Shown: positions 30,361-43,706 of the stretch, one piece after another
Layout: the number at the start of each line of letters is the position of its first letter
Position numbering within the stretch: position 1 is the first letter of the stretch
Origin: Macrostomum lignano
Taxonomy: Eukaryota
Reading direction: 5' to 3'
NCBI GenBank assembly: GCA_002269645.1
Contig: NIVC01001546.1
Location: 207,043 to 271,042 of the forward strand
DNA length: 64,000 bases
The notes under the pieces: model-generated
What the model was told of the DNA's origin: nothing
What the model saw: the letters and a program-made list of their open reading frames with translations, nothing else
The model's database searches: none
Position numbers and translations under genes: made by a program

Positions 30361-31834
30361 GGTAGTTATTATTCTATAGAAGCCTTTCCAGTTTTCCATC
30401 TATTGCTATTAGTAAACCATAATAAGCTTGAAATGCTGCTACAGTCTGTGAATCTTTAAAAATAAGGAACTACTAATACACAAACTATTTTATACAGAAA
30501 ATATATCATTTCTTAGAATCAAGTTCAACCTTGCTGACAGACAGAGATTGAACTGACGTACACTCATGTTTTATTAAGGTTCCAACGGATGAAATGTTGT
30601 ATTATTCATATCTAGTACACAGAGTTTTTATATCGTACAGGAAGGCAGTCAGCAGAATTAAAATGTTTACATTTTTAAAAGATACTATTAGGCAGAGACA
30701 CACTATACCTACTTAGAAGTAGCAATGACGGATAATTTTTTTATAAATTAGAACACAGCTTTTTTGCATCAACGTATGCAAGCCTAAAATAACAGGCAGA
30801 CAATTTACATTTTCGGAATACAAGTACAACACTCAGTTAATTAATTAGCAGTTATTACTGTGAGTAGTACGTACAACACACGCACGCCGAGTACACTGGC
30901 TTACATAGAACAAAGTTGAATTGAAGATTACACAGAATCGGAATCATTTTTTTACTTTTTGGTTAAAAAACGAAAGTAATTGTATTAACAAATTCCGCGA
31001 GAGTATAAAAACAAGGCCAATACGATTCTATTTGTTGATAAAGCAATTTTTGCGCATTTTTTCCAACGCAAACTCTTTCTGTTCTGTAGCACAGATACTA
31101 GAATAACTAGATTGGCCACTCAGGCATAATATACTTCGCAAAACAGCTTTCTACTTTCAGTTCAGTAGCAATGAAGAATACATAAGCTATTTTATAAAAA
31201 TGAAGGCAGCTGAAATGACTTTGATAAGTTCAGAAGACCCAAGCTTGCAGGCGTAAACAACTTGCTAATTGGTTCAACAATAATGTACATTAGCCAGTCC
31301 ACTGAAATGTACATGGCAGCTTTAGGCTGGAATTCCGAGAAGGCAATAAAAATCGGGGCGGGGCGGTTGGAGGGTTTAAGCTGGAGGGGTAAGAGCCAAT
31401 AAATGAGCCGTCTGTAAAAATACATTAAAATGCTTCTATTCAACTTACTACTGAACTGAAAGTAGCTTGCACGCAAATGTGCTGAGTGGCCCATTTAGTT
31501 ATTTAGTATCTGTGGTTCTGTAGTAATTAACAATAATTATCATTGCTATTTTCGATATTAATGGTTACAATCTGCAGATGTACATACATCGAACAAAAAT
31601 GCAAACACAGTTTAGTGATACAATGGGCACGCGCATATCCTTGTCAGTAGATAAAAATGTGTTTGTAGAAATAAGAATTTCATATTGAGACAGAGACACA
31701 GAGGACACTTCGGGCCTGTCAATTGATTACTGAAACCTTGCGCTTGTTTTTTTAGCCTCAAAATGCCAGTTTACACGCAGTTGAAGAAAACTACAGCCTC
31801 AACTCAAACAGAACTCTGTCCACCTGACGGATGT

Positions 31835-34800
31835 TTATCTCCGCCGTTTGTGAGCCGCCGGAACGCCGTAGCCGCCGCCCCCGCCGTGACCGTTTGGTCG
31901 GTCCCGGTGCCGCCGCTTCCCCCGATGCTGCTGCACGCCGCGAGAGTCTCTCTGGCCGCCGCCGCCGCCGCCGCCGCCATCGCGTCGTCGATGCCGCCGG
32001 CGTCGATCGCGGGAGAACGACCTCGACCTAGATCGCGTTCGCGACCTTGACCTTGAACGCGACCTCGACCTCGATCGGCTATTCTCGTCAGCTTCGTCAT
32101 CATAGGAGCTGCCAGCAGCTGCAGCGCCAGCGTCATTGTCGTCGGAGTCAGCGCCGCCATTTTCGTCGTCTCCGCGGTGTCGATTTCGTCGAGAATTTTT
32201 CAACATCGACGAAGACTTTTTCGACGAAGATTTGTGCTGCTGTCGGGGAGAAAACTCGGATCGTTTCTGCGACTTGGAGTCGGCGCCGGCAGTAGATGAT
32301 GAAGCAGCAACTGCCGGTGAGCTGACTCCAACAGGCGTGCCGGATGCGGAATCTGGGCCGCTAAGCTGCTGCTGTTGGCCGCTGGCGGCTCCGGCAGACT
32401 TGGCGGCAGCTTTCGCTCGGTCCATGCCTTTCTTAGCCTCGACTACAGCGGCCTCAGCTGCCGACCAGTCAATGGGCGGCCTGGCGTACAGATTCAACAG
32501 CGTGTGACAAATCTCCACAGACTGTTCGTAGGAGCAGTCCAACAGCTCCATCCAATCGTCTGGCAGCGGCACGCGCAGCTTCCTAGCCGATAACAGGATG
32601 CAGCCGCAGGCGACTTGCTCGGGACTGTATTGGCAGAACACGTGCGTTCGGAAACTGTCGTTCATGTAGTTCCTGCGAATGCGGACGAGAAGTTCCAATA
32701 AAATATTAAAAGGCACCGTAGAAGCAGGAATTCAAGAAATTAATTAGGAAACTTACCAAGGCAATGGATTGATATGCAAATTAGATAACCACTAGAGTCT
32801 ATATTTATAAACCTGCTTCAATGTAAGCCAAATACAGTAGTGACAGATGGCTTCTACTGTTATAATTCAATAAATAGAAATGAACATACTGATAATTATA
32901 ATAAATATTTTGCATTGCTACACTTGAAGGGCTGTCATCATCATATTAGAATTGATTCAAATTTCAACAAATGGTTTTACATCAATAAGCCAAGTTAGAA
33001 AACAAAAGTAAAAGAAAAAAAAACAATTAAACCTGGAATTTCTGACTGTTTGGTTTTTCTAGTAAACTAAAACACTTTAGTAGCCATTTTGTGAGCCACT
33101 GAACTTGTATATTTATTGGCAAATTGTGGTTCAATGAACAAATTTAGATTTCTAAATAACAAAAACCATGATACGCTTAAAGATTAGGTAACCTTATTAT
33201 ACTGTTAACTAGTCTTAGTAGTATGGACCCGATAAAAATGGTACCTAGGCCAAGAAGCGTTCTTAGAGTCACTTAATTGCGTCGCCCCCAGGTAACACAG
33301 GTAAAACAGGAAGGGACTCTAGATGACGATTTTGCAACTCACGTGATCAGCGCTAGCGACTCCATCGCAATCACAAGTCACCAGGAAGTTGTTCGCCAAT
33401 GACTATTTAGCAATTTTGGTCACGGTAACGTTTTCAAACGGGCAAAACTTAAACCTATTTATTTCTATGGTATATAAAGCCATAAATATTCTCTCTTTTA
33501 CTCGTAAAGTTCATAATATAAATAATGTCAAAGACAAACTTAACAACAGTTGTCCAGGTGGTCCAGCACGCTTTAGACTACGGTGTGTGTTGATCTCCAT
33601 TAAACCGCCTTCTGCTGCAACAAGAAAATCACCGCGCAATCAAGTGCCGCGACTGCCCTGATAAAGATATTGTATAAATCTGCTGAAAATCTTAATGCAC
33701 AATATAAATCAACACGACAGGCGTAGAAGTAATAAATAAGTCACGTGTCTCGTTGTCCATCATCAACTCGGGTGACCGTAGGGATGGTGCATTGCACAGC
33801 AGTCCGCGAGTATCACTTGTCTCTGATCTGTGTCAGGAATGCATTGCAAGCCCGGTGTTATTTAATCAAATCTTCTGACAAACGATACAAAGGCCTATAA
33901 ACCGTTCGGACAGGCAGACAGGCAGTACTGCTGTTTGACAAACCTCTGACGACAAGACTCTCGGAATTATCCTGGCTCGCTACCCTCCGTGGGTAATTAA
34001 TTAACCTCTGGTGTACTTATTTAGGGCGCTGACTAACCAGGTGTACTTAATTAGGCCGCTGGCTTACATCAGGTATACCTAATTAGACCGCTGGTTTACC
34101 TCAGGTGTACTTGATTAGGCCGCTAGCTAACCTCAGGTGTACTTTATTGGGCCGCTGGCTTTAGTGGCTTACCTGAGGTGTACTTAATTAGGCCGCTAGC
34201 TAACCTCAGGTGTACTTAATTAGGCCGCCGGCTAATCACAGGTGTACTTAATTTGTCCGCTGGCTAATCACAGGTGTACTTAATTTGTCCGCTGGCTTAC
34301 CTCAGGTGTTACCTAATTAGGCCGCTGGCTAACCTCAGGTGTACTTGATTAGGCCGCTGGCTAACCTCAGGTAAACCTAATTAGACCGCTGTTTCACCTC
34401 AGGTGTAGTTGGCCGCTGGCTAACCACAGGTGTACTTAATTAGGCCGCCGGCTAACCTCAGGTGTACCTAATTAGGCCGCTGGCTGACAACAGGTGTACC
34501 TAATTAGGCCGCTGGCTAACCACAGGTGTGCCTAATTAGGCCACTGGCTAACATTCTGGGCACCCACAGATCCCGGTTGGATACCAACTAATCTTACGGC
34601 CATCAAGCAGAACTCAAGCACACAAATGAAGGCTGGTTAATAAAAAAATTGAACAGTAAAATGATATAAGGATACGGCTAACCAACCAACCAACCAATCG
34701 GACCGCAACGCAAACGCCACGCCACGGCTGAGCGAGCTTCATTTGGTAGCGACCGATCAGATGACTGACTGACTGACAGATGCTGCTGCGGCCGCTGACC

Positions 34801-37800
34801 TCACTCGCTGCTGCAGGCTGAGCAGTGCTCTCATTGGCTTAGAGATCGCATAGATCTGAGCCGAGGATTGAGTAGTATCGAAGTGGGAGGGGGAGAAAGA
34901 GAAAGGCAAAAGGGGGAGAGTACGGTTAGAATTATGCTCGACAACTGCATTTATATTGATTATTCTTCAAGCGGCTTGCGTTTGCAGTTATAAAAAATGT
35001 TATTTGATCTTCTAGAGACTTCCAGCTTCTTACATTTTAGAGATCGACAGTGTATCTACTAAAGTGATGTACAGCCAGCCCTTCAAGATGTAGCAAAAAT
35101 AACAAAATAATGAACGTAGTAATAAAACGCTGAAATTGTTTCTTCGAATTTCTTCGAATGTCATTTTAGCTGTCTGTGGGGCAGTCGCTTCAGGGCTCTT
35201 ACTGATTGTGACTTCAGGGCTCTTACTGTTGGTCACTTCAGGGTTCTTACAGGCTGTCCTTCAGGGTTCTTACAGGCTGTCTTTCAGGTTCTTACTGGTT
35301 GTCACTTCAGGGTTCTTACTGGCTGTCCTTCAGGGTTCTTACTGGCTGTCTTTCAGGTTCTTACTGGTTGTCACTTCAGGGTTCTTACTGGTTGTCACTT
35401 CAGGGTTCTTACTGGTTGTCACTTCAGGGTTCTTACTGATTGTCACTTCAGGGTTCTTACTGGTTGTCACCTCAGGGTTCTTACAGGCTGTCCTTCAGGG
35501 TTCTTACTGGCTGTCTTTCAGGTTCTTACTGGTTGTCACTTCAGGGTTCTTACTGTTCGTCACTTCAGGGTTCTTACAGGCTGTCCTTCAGGATTCTTAC
35601 TGGTTGTCACTTCAGGGTTCTTACTGGCTGTTCTTCAGGGTTCGTACTGTTGGTCACTTCAGGGTTCTTACAGTCTGTCCTTCAGGGTTCTTACAGGCTG
35701 TCCTTCAGGGTTCTTACAGGCTGTCCTTCAGGGTTCTTACTGGTTGTCACTTCGGGCTTCTTACTGGCTGTCCTTCAGGGTTCTTACTGGCTGTCACTTA
35801 GGGGTTCTTACTGGTTGTCACTTTGGGGTTCTTATTGGTTGTCACTTTGGGGTTCTTACAGGCTGTCACTTCAGGGTTCTTACAGGCTGTCCTTCAGGGT
35901 TCTTACTGGCTGTCACTTCAGGGTTCTTACTGTTGGTCACTTCAGGGTTCTTACAGTCTGTCCTTCAGGGTTCTTACAGGCTGTACTTCAGGGTTCTTAC
36001 AGGCTGTCCTTCAGGGTTCTTACAGGCTGTCACTTCAGGGTTCTTACAGACTACTTCAGGGTTCTGACAGGCTGAACTTCGGGGTTCTTACAGGCTATAC
36101 TTCAGGGTTCTTACTAGCTGTCACTTTAGGGTTCTTACAGGCTGTACTTCAGGGTTCTGACAGGCTGTACTTCAGGGTTCTTACTGGCTGTCACTTCAGG
36201 GTTCTTACAGGCTGTACTTCAGGGTTCTGACAGGCTGTACTTCAGGGTTCTTACTGGCTGTCACTTCAGGGTTCTTACAGGCTGTCCTTCAGGGTTCTTA
36301 CAGGCTGTCCTTCAGGGTTCTTACAGGCTGTCCTTCAGGGTTCTTACAGGCTGTACTTCAGGGTTCTTACAGGCTGTCCTTCAGGGTTCTTACAGGCTGT
36401 CCTTCAGGGTTCTTACTGTTGGTCTCTTTAGGGTTCTTACAGTCTGTCCTTCAGGGTTCTTGCAGGCTGTCCTTCAGGGTTCTTGCAGGCTGTCCTTCAG
36501 GGTTCTTACTGGCTGTCACTTCAGGGTTCTTGCAGGCTGTCCTTCAGGGTTCTTACAGCCTGTCCTTCAGGGTTCTTCCAGGTTGTCCTTCAGGGTTCTT
36601 ACAGGCTGTCCTTCAGGGTTCTTACTGGCTGCCACTTCAGGTTCTTTACGGGTTGCAACCTTTGAATTTAGGCTAAACTAATCTCAGGTATATGGAACAT
36701 TAAATTCTAAACCTCGCAGAGGAGAAAAGCAAACAAAAAACAAAGACTAACTTACCAGGCAGATTGTCTCAATTGCTGGTTGTCATCCAGCTGTAGCCAG
36801 TTCAGCCAAACTGGGATCAGCTGAAATTTTTGACGAAACGAGTCGCCATAAAAAGGCAACAGAGGGCAAGCAGGTTAGCGTTTTGCGATACAGACACCGA
36901 TCATTTATCATGGAAATTGTAATCAGTCACTTAATATCAAAAGCTGTGTAGTGTAGGATTAAGGCTATTAAAATATTTTAACGGAACTTCACTTTTGTTC
37001 CGATTTTATATAGCATTTTACCATTTCATATAATAACTTGGTTGATTTATCCGCGACCGAGGCGCTCTTTGAAGACTTGAAAATTGATTTGCGCAACTTG
37101 ATAATTAAATCAAATTCTTAGTGAAGCTCGTAGGTTAACTGGCTTAGTGGAGTTTCAGGTAACTGGCTAAGTGGAGTTTTAGGTTAACTGGCTTAGTGGA
37201 GTTTTAGGTAACTGGCTTAGTGGAGTTTTAGGTAGCTGGCTAAGTGGAGTTTTAGGTAACTGGCTTAGTGGAGTTTTAGGTAACTGGCTAAGTGGAGTTT
37301 TAGGTAACTGGCTTAGTGGAGTTTTAGGTAACTGGCTTAGTGGAGTTTCAGGTAACTGGCTTAGTGGAGTTTTAGGTAACTGGCTAAGTGGAGTTTTAGG
37401 TAACTGGCTAAGTGGAGTTTTAGGTAACTGGCTTAGTGGAGTTTTAGGTAACTGGCTAAGTGGAGTTTTAGGTTAACTGGCTTAGTGGAGTTTTAGGTAA
37501 CTGGCTAAGTGGAGTTTTAGGTGACTGGCTTAGTGGAGTTTGAGGTAACTGGCTAAGTGGAGTTTTAGGTAACTGGCTAAGTGGAGTTTTAGGTGACTGG
37601 CTTAGTGGAGTTTTAGGTAACTGGCTAAGTGGAGTTTTAGGTAACTGGCTAAGTGGAGTTTTAGGTAACTGGCTAAGTGGAGTTTTAGGTTAACTGGCTT
37701 AGTGGAGTTTGACGTAACTGGCTTAGTGGAGTTTGAGGTGACTGGCTTAGTGGAGTTTTAGGTAAACTGGCTTAGTGGAGTTTTAGGTAACTGGCTTAGT

Positions 37801-39756
37801 GGAGTTTTAGGTAAACTGGCTTAGTGGAGTTTTAGGTAACTGGCTCAGTCCATATAGTACAATTTGATAAATAGGATCAGGTGGGATTTAGAACTGATTG
37901 GGGGAGATACCAAAAACCCTTTTGCCAGAAAAGACATGCGGTAAACAAGGCAATGATTACAGACAGTAGGAGGAATTGTATTGTATCAAGCTGGTTTTCT
38001 GAGAATAATTCTATTTCAGCCCTAGAGACTAACAGATTTGACGCAATGTCGTTTAATATTATGATTTGCCTGGGTATAAATTAGTTAACATGTGTTCTAA
38101 CCGCGAATCAAAGAAGAAACGTGCTTACCTTGTGAGGATGCTGTACATGTACAGAGAAGCCCAATTCTTTTAATAAACGGCGCTCCGCCTTGATGACTTG
38201 ATTTTTTAGATTTACATAGTTGTTGTCTAACGGTAGCGGAGTGAACGGCCTGAAATGCGATAGGAGAATCATGTGAGAATTTTAGGAATTCTATCGGGTC
38301 TGCTAATAGGGAATTGTAATTGTTGAGGGTCTGCTAATAGGGAATTCTTTGGGGTCTTCTAATAGGGAATTCTATCGGGTCTGCTAATAGGGAATTCTAT
38401 AGGGTCTGCTAATAGGGAATTGTAATTGTTGAGGGTCTGCTAATAGGGAATTGTTGAGGGTCTGCGAAAAGGGAATTCTTTGGGGTCTTCTAATAAGGAA
38501 TTCTATCGGGTCTGCTAATAGGGAATTCTATAGGGTCTGCTAACAGGGAATTCTATAGGGTCTGCTAATAGGGAATTCTATAGGGTCTGCTAATAGGGAA
38601 TTCTATAGGGTCTGCTAACAGGGAATTCTATAGGGTCTGCTAACAGGGAATTCTATAGGGTCTGCTAATAGGGAATTCTTTAGGGTCTGCTAATAGGTAA
38701 TTGTTGAGTGTCTGCTAATCGTAAATTCTATCGGGTCTGCTAACAGGGAATTCTATCGGGTCTGCTAATAGGGAATTCTATAGGGTCTGCTAACAGGGAA
38801 TTCTATAGGGTCTGCTAACAGGGAATTCTATAGGGTCTGCTAACAGGGAATTCTATAGGGTCTGCTAACAGGGAATTCTATAGGGTCTGCTAATAGGGAA
38901 TTCTTTAGGGTCTGCTAATAGGTAATTGTTGAGTGTCTGCTAATCGTAAATTCTATCGGGTCTGCTAACAGGGAATTCTATCGGGTCTGCTAATAGGGAA
39001 TTCTATAGGGTCGGCTAATAGGGAAGTCTATAGCGACTGCTTTTATGACCTTCCTTGTAAGGAATTCCAGTGTCCATTATCAAGGAATTCAAGGTGTCTG
39101 TCTTTAGAAGATTTTAAAAGGTTCTGGTTGAAATCGACCTGATGATATAACTCAAGAAGTTCAACCTACCGTTTCTCCCTAAACTGTCGGATATGATGAA
39201 ACACATTAATAACGTCGCGAGCTCGTCTGGGCGCTTCTTCAATTTTAGCGGCTAGAAATATACTAGCCATAGCAGTGTGCTCATAGTGATGCCTAACTAA
39301 CGAGCGAGAATAATAGAATCGTTGATAGAGCACCTGGCCAGTGGCGCAGGCCACGTGCGGCAGTTTCAACAATATACTAGCAGATTGGATCAGCTCGCAG
39401 CCCATGTATCGCAAATTCCATTCGTCTGAATAGGACAGGCCATCTAGCCTAGATGGACTATTAGCTGGGTCCAATCGTTCAGGCGGTAGCAGGACATTCT
39501 TCAGGGTCAGACAGACAAGTTCGGGAGGCTGCTGCTGCTGTTGCTGGGTTGGTTGCTGTTGTTGCTGCTGCGAGCGCAGAGGAGAGTTAGTTGCACTGGC
39601 GCTCCCAGCCGCACTGGGCACAGCGGACAGCAGTGGCACGGGAGGCCTCGAACCAGTCACTGATTGGCTGGTAGACGAAGAGTTTGAAATGGCCGCCGCA
39701 GACGCTGAGAATGTTGGTACGCCAGCAATGGCTGACATGGCTTGTATAACTGGCAT
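31835..39756 (-). CDS. CCNL1: Cyclin L (CCNL1/2 co-orthologue), about 536 aa; exons 39756-39170, 38249-38129, 36820-36756, 32672-31835
   Basis: Cyclin-box motifs [57 protein letters not shown] and [10 protein letters not shown], plus a C-terminal (RS)n domain. Introns are GT-AG with phases 2, 0, 2, giving one open frame of 1611 nt. The start could instead be the ATG at 39738. Confidence 0.95.
34010..34560. repeat. Minisatellite, about 32-bp unit GGTGTACTTAATTAGGCCGCTGGCTAACCTCA, cyclin L intron 3
   Basis: Directly visible; degenerate. Confidence 0.9.
35185..36650. repeat. Minisatellite, 23-bp unit CTTCAGGGTTCTTACAGGCTGTC, cyclin L intron 3
   Basis: Directly visible. Confidence 0.95.
37130..37850. 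repeat. Minisatellite, 24-bp unit AGGTAACTGGCTTAGTGGAGTTTT, cyclin L intron 2
   Basis: Directly visible. Confidence 0.95.
38280..39030. repeat. Minisatellite, 25-bp unit GGGAATTCTATAGGGTCTGCTAATA, cyclin L intron 1
   Basis: Directly visible. Confidence 0.95.
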
Positions 39757-40689
39757 CAATGGAAACAAAGTAGCCTTTTGTTATGAAATAGAAAGTCAAC
39801 AGTCATTGTTTTATTTGTGGACAATAAATGAAGAATCGACCCCAATTGAAGCTTATTTATGTTATTTCTTGAACTTGATACAGACTTTGGAAAAATAACT
39901 TTTGAATTTTTGACTTTTAGACTTATATATAGACACCTAATCAACAAAATCAGACTTCTAATCTGATAAACAACAAAAATAAGCAGCACAATTTAAATTA
40001 TTTTCAAGTTTTGATAAATAATTATAAACAAATAATCTTAGCTCTAATATTATTTCATATTTTTGGGGGCAAAATAGATTGATCTTACGCAATAATACAA
40101 ATTTTAATAAGGTCATCTGACCTGCCAATATACATTCAAAATGCTAATATACATTAAAAAATATTTATTGCAAAAAAGCTTATAAATACACATGGCACAC
40201 TAATGAAATACTAGATTTTTTAAATAAATAATGCTTATTAAATTTTAATATTCAAAATTTTTTTGGCCTTTTGTATTTTTTATAAACAGAAAAACAAGTT
40301 CAGGCAATAAAGTTATTATAAAAAGCACAGTTAATATCTATTATACTAAATAATTACTTTTAAATCTAACTTTAAGTTGAGTACTTGATCAAACTGAGGG
40401 GTTAGGCCAATCTTTTTAGTCAAGCTTTGTTGAATAGTTAAATAAAATTAAAATTTGGTAGTTAGTGAATTTCAAACCTCAACCTTGCTCAGTCTATTTG
40501 TCATATTTTTGCATTAAAATTTATATTTTTCATGTTGTTTATATTTCTAGGAATTGTGGATTCCAAAGCAATACTTTTAGAATGAAATATTGCTTTTTAA
40601 TTACATTTTGTTTAACTTGTTGCATTGCATGTCTTAGCTTCTGTCTCTCTTATTGGGTGGATAAGAGTCCTCTCTGTATCCATGCTTAG

Positions 40690-40888
40690 GTGCAACCTAG
40701 GGATTCACCTAACCATTTCTATTGGCAACACACACATGTAAGTCACTATTAAAGAGAATAGCAATTAATTCTTCTATTAGCCAATAGCAACTATTAATCA
40801 AATGCTCTTTTAGCCAAAGGCTTTTAGCCAATAATGATTTACATGTGTGTTGCCAATGGAAACAGCTAGGTGGTTGCCAAGGTTGCAC
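40690..40888. mobile_element. Degenerate MITE-like inverted repeat, about 200 bp
   Basis: The left arm GTGCAACCT...TTGGCAACAC..ACATGTAA pairs with the right arm over about 60 bp at roughly 75% identity. No clear TSD. Confidence 0.45.
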
Positions 40889-43209
40889 ATGTATATTTGT
40901 GTCTCTCTTGGCTGAAGTAAGTTATTGATTTATTTAAATGAACATATTTTAGGAACTCAGAAAAACTTCAAACTTAAAAAACATATCAATTTGGCATAGT
41001 TGCAGATTGCAATGATCTTGGAAATGTATTCAATAAATGCAATATTTATGTACATATATAAAATTTAACTACTCAACAATACTTGACAATTTTTGGCAAA
41101 ACTAGGCAAGTTAAGTATCATATCTTTGAAAATGATCAAGTTATTCCAAGAGCACTGCAATACTTGCTTACACTTGATTGATTACACTTGATCTCAGTTA
41201 AATCCCAATTATCTTAAAAGCATAGATCTTAAGTCTTAAAAAATCTTAAAAAATGTGATATTGTCCAACCCTTATCTATAGTCAATATATAAATAATGTA
41301 TTTACTTAAGATACAGGCATTAAGACCCAATTAAAATGACTATATTGTATTTATACAAAAAGAAATAAAATAATAGAAATCGAAAAACTGGCAAGAAACT
41401 TACAGCTAGAAAGATAATATATCCTATGCCTAAAAATACTAAAACATGTTTGTTTATACTACACACCAAAACCCAAAGCAGTTTTATAGAATTACAGTTA
41501 CTTAGGTAACAATCAGTTTGGCCATACTCCAGATCATTTAGTATATACCCAAAAATCTAGGCATGCATTAGCCTTAGATGCCAAAAGTATATGTGCATAA
41601 TTGGCATGTATCACTCCTAAGAAAATAGTATGCATGCACACTTGGTATGCACCTTATAGAATCACAGTTAGAGTATTAAATAGAAAAACATGAGAGAAAT
41701 TCATTTTAAAGCATAAATTTCAAGCTTTCTAGGTTTTTTAAGCTTAGAATAAGGCATTTAAACATATTTTTGTGTGTTTTAATTTTTTGTTATAAATAAT
41801 ATCTATAGGCAAAAAAGCAAAAAATAAATCAAGTTATTAGCCAAAAAGGGTCTATTATGCAACCTAAAAAGGTCATTTATTGTGGTAACATAAAAAGATC
41901 ATTTATTTTGGCAATATTGGCATAGATTTGAGTATGAATATGCACTTTAAATTTTTTGGCATGCATTTGTAATTATTCTATTTTTGTTTAAGTATGCACC
42001 TAGCATGATCTAGACTATGGCAGCTTGGTAACAGTCAATTTAGTGCTAAATATATACATGTGTATATATAAAGCATTGACTTTACTATCTATTATCTCAT
42101 AATTATTCATATTTTTTTGTTTTTAAAGGAGATTAAAGAATTTATAGATATTAAAGCACAAAACTTTTATTGCATCAATTGGATAAATTGGATACAAATT
42201 ACAATTCTATATATCAAGTGAATGGCACATGCACTAAAGCTTTGCACCAATAAAAGACCTTTTTTGTGTGTTACACATTTTTTAACAATAAAAATTTAAC
42301 AAATGTGTGCTTTTCATTTAAAGTAAATTGGCTTACAGATAATGCCAACAAAAATCAATTTTTTGTTTAAGTTTTTTTAGAAAATTAACTCGATTAGTTT
42401 GCGTGGAATTATAAATTTTTATAAATCACAAATAGTTATGAACTTTCATTTTATGAGTTTTATTGTTTTAATTGTTTTATTGTTTTAAGATTCTGAGGTT
42501 ATGGCATTATGCCAACAATTGTTAATATTAACTTTGGCATAAAGGTTGGAGTTGGCATATGCTGCTTGGCATATTTACGCCATGGTGTCACACCAAAAAG
42601 TACGGTTAGTATGCCAAATATATTTTGCCTCATTTTTTACGCCAATTGAATGCCAAAAAAGTAAAATTTTCAATTGTATGCCAGAAATTTCCGGCGTAAT
42701 ATACATTATCTTGACTATGGCTCAAGTGTGACGGTCTTGGTGTGTGGCAATCTTAGTCCTATACCCTTGTGAGTTATATATGCCATATGGTCCAAAGGGG
42801 TGGTATCTAATAATTGCTAAATAAGGAAAGAGGAATAACAAAAAGCATTTTTTACCAAAAATATTTTTTTAAGTATAATTCTTATAAGTATATTTTACCA
42901 CTTCAACTGAAAATGGCTAGACATCCAACTAGGCCAACAATTGATCCATGACCATAACTATACACTAGGCCTATACATATAGATATATTAAGCTACAAAC
43001 TCTGGTTTATAAGGCCTCTATAAGGCCTCTATATTAAGTGTTATAAACAAACCAACAAATGTTTTACATGTTACAATTTTTGTACTCCCAGGAGTAAAAA
43101 AAAATTAATTTTTTTAGTTGAGCAAACTTCAATAAAAAAATAATTTAGTGAAAAAACTACACTAGTGGCATAGCACTCTGGGCCTGGTATTATGTAGGCC
43201 TAGTCTATA

Positions 43210-43706
43210 CCTGGATGGAATTCTTGCAGAAAAATCACAACGCGTTATGCGATTGTGAGAAAAAAATGCGATTTTGCGTCAAAAAATCCGGAAAAAATGC
43301 GTCGCAGAATTTTAGACAAAATTGCTAATTCTTAATATATGCAAAAGTGCGCTTGAGATATTGGATTTTGCAAAAGATAATCCTACTAGCTAAGATCACG
43401 AAGAAAAAAAGAATAAAAAGTAAAAACTAAATAAAGCACAAAAGTAAAAATTAGAAAAAATTCTATAAAAAGTAGAAACTCGTAACATTCTCTAACATAC
43501 GTATTTGGACGTAAATTCAAATCACTACATTTTCTTAGAATGCATTTTTCGTTATTGTCTCGTTATTTCGTTATTTTGTTATTTTGCGACGTGCTAAGTA
43601 CCAAAATAAAAAATGCGACCAATAAAAAATATTTTGCGCGCCATAATTGGCATAAAAAAATTGCATAATTCCGTTTGACTTAAGAAATACAAGAATTCCA
43701 TCCTGG
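43210..43706. mobile_element. Non-autonomous TIR element (hAT-like MITE), 497 bp
   Basis: 17-bp TIR CC(T/A)GGATGGAATTCTTG (16/17 match). Perfect 8-bp TSD AGTCTATA at 43202-43209 and 43707-43714. Subterminal TGCG repeats. Confidence 0.85.
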
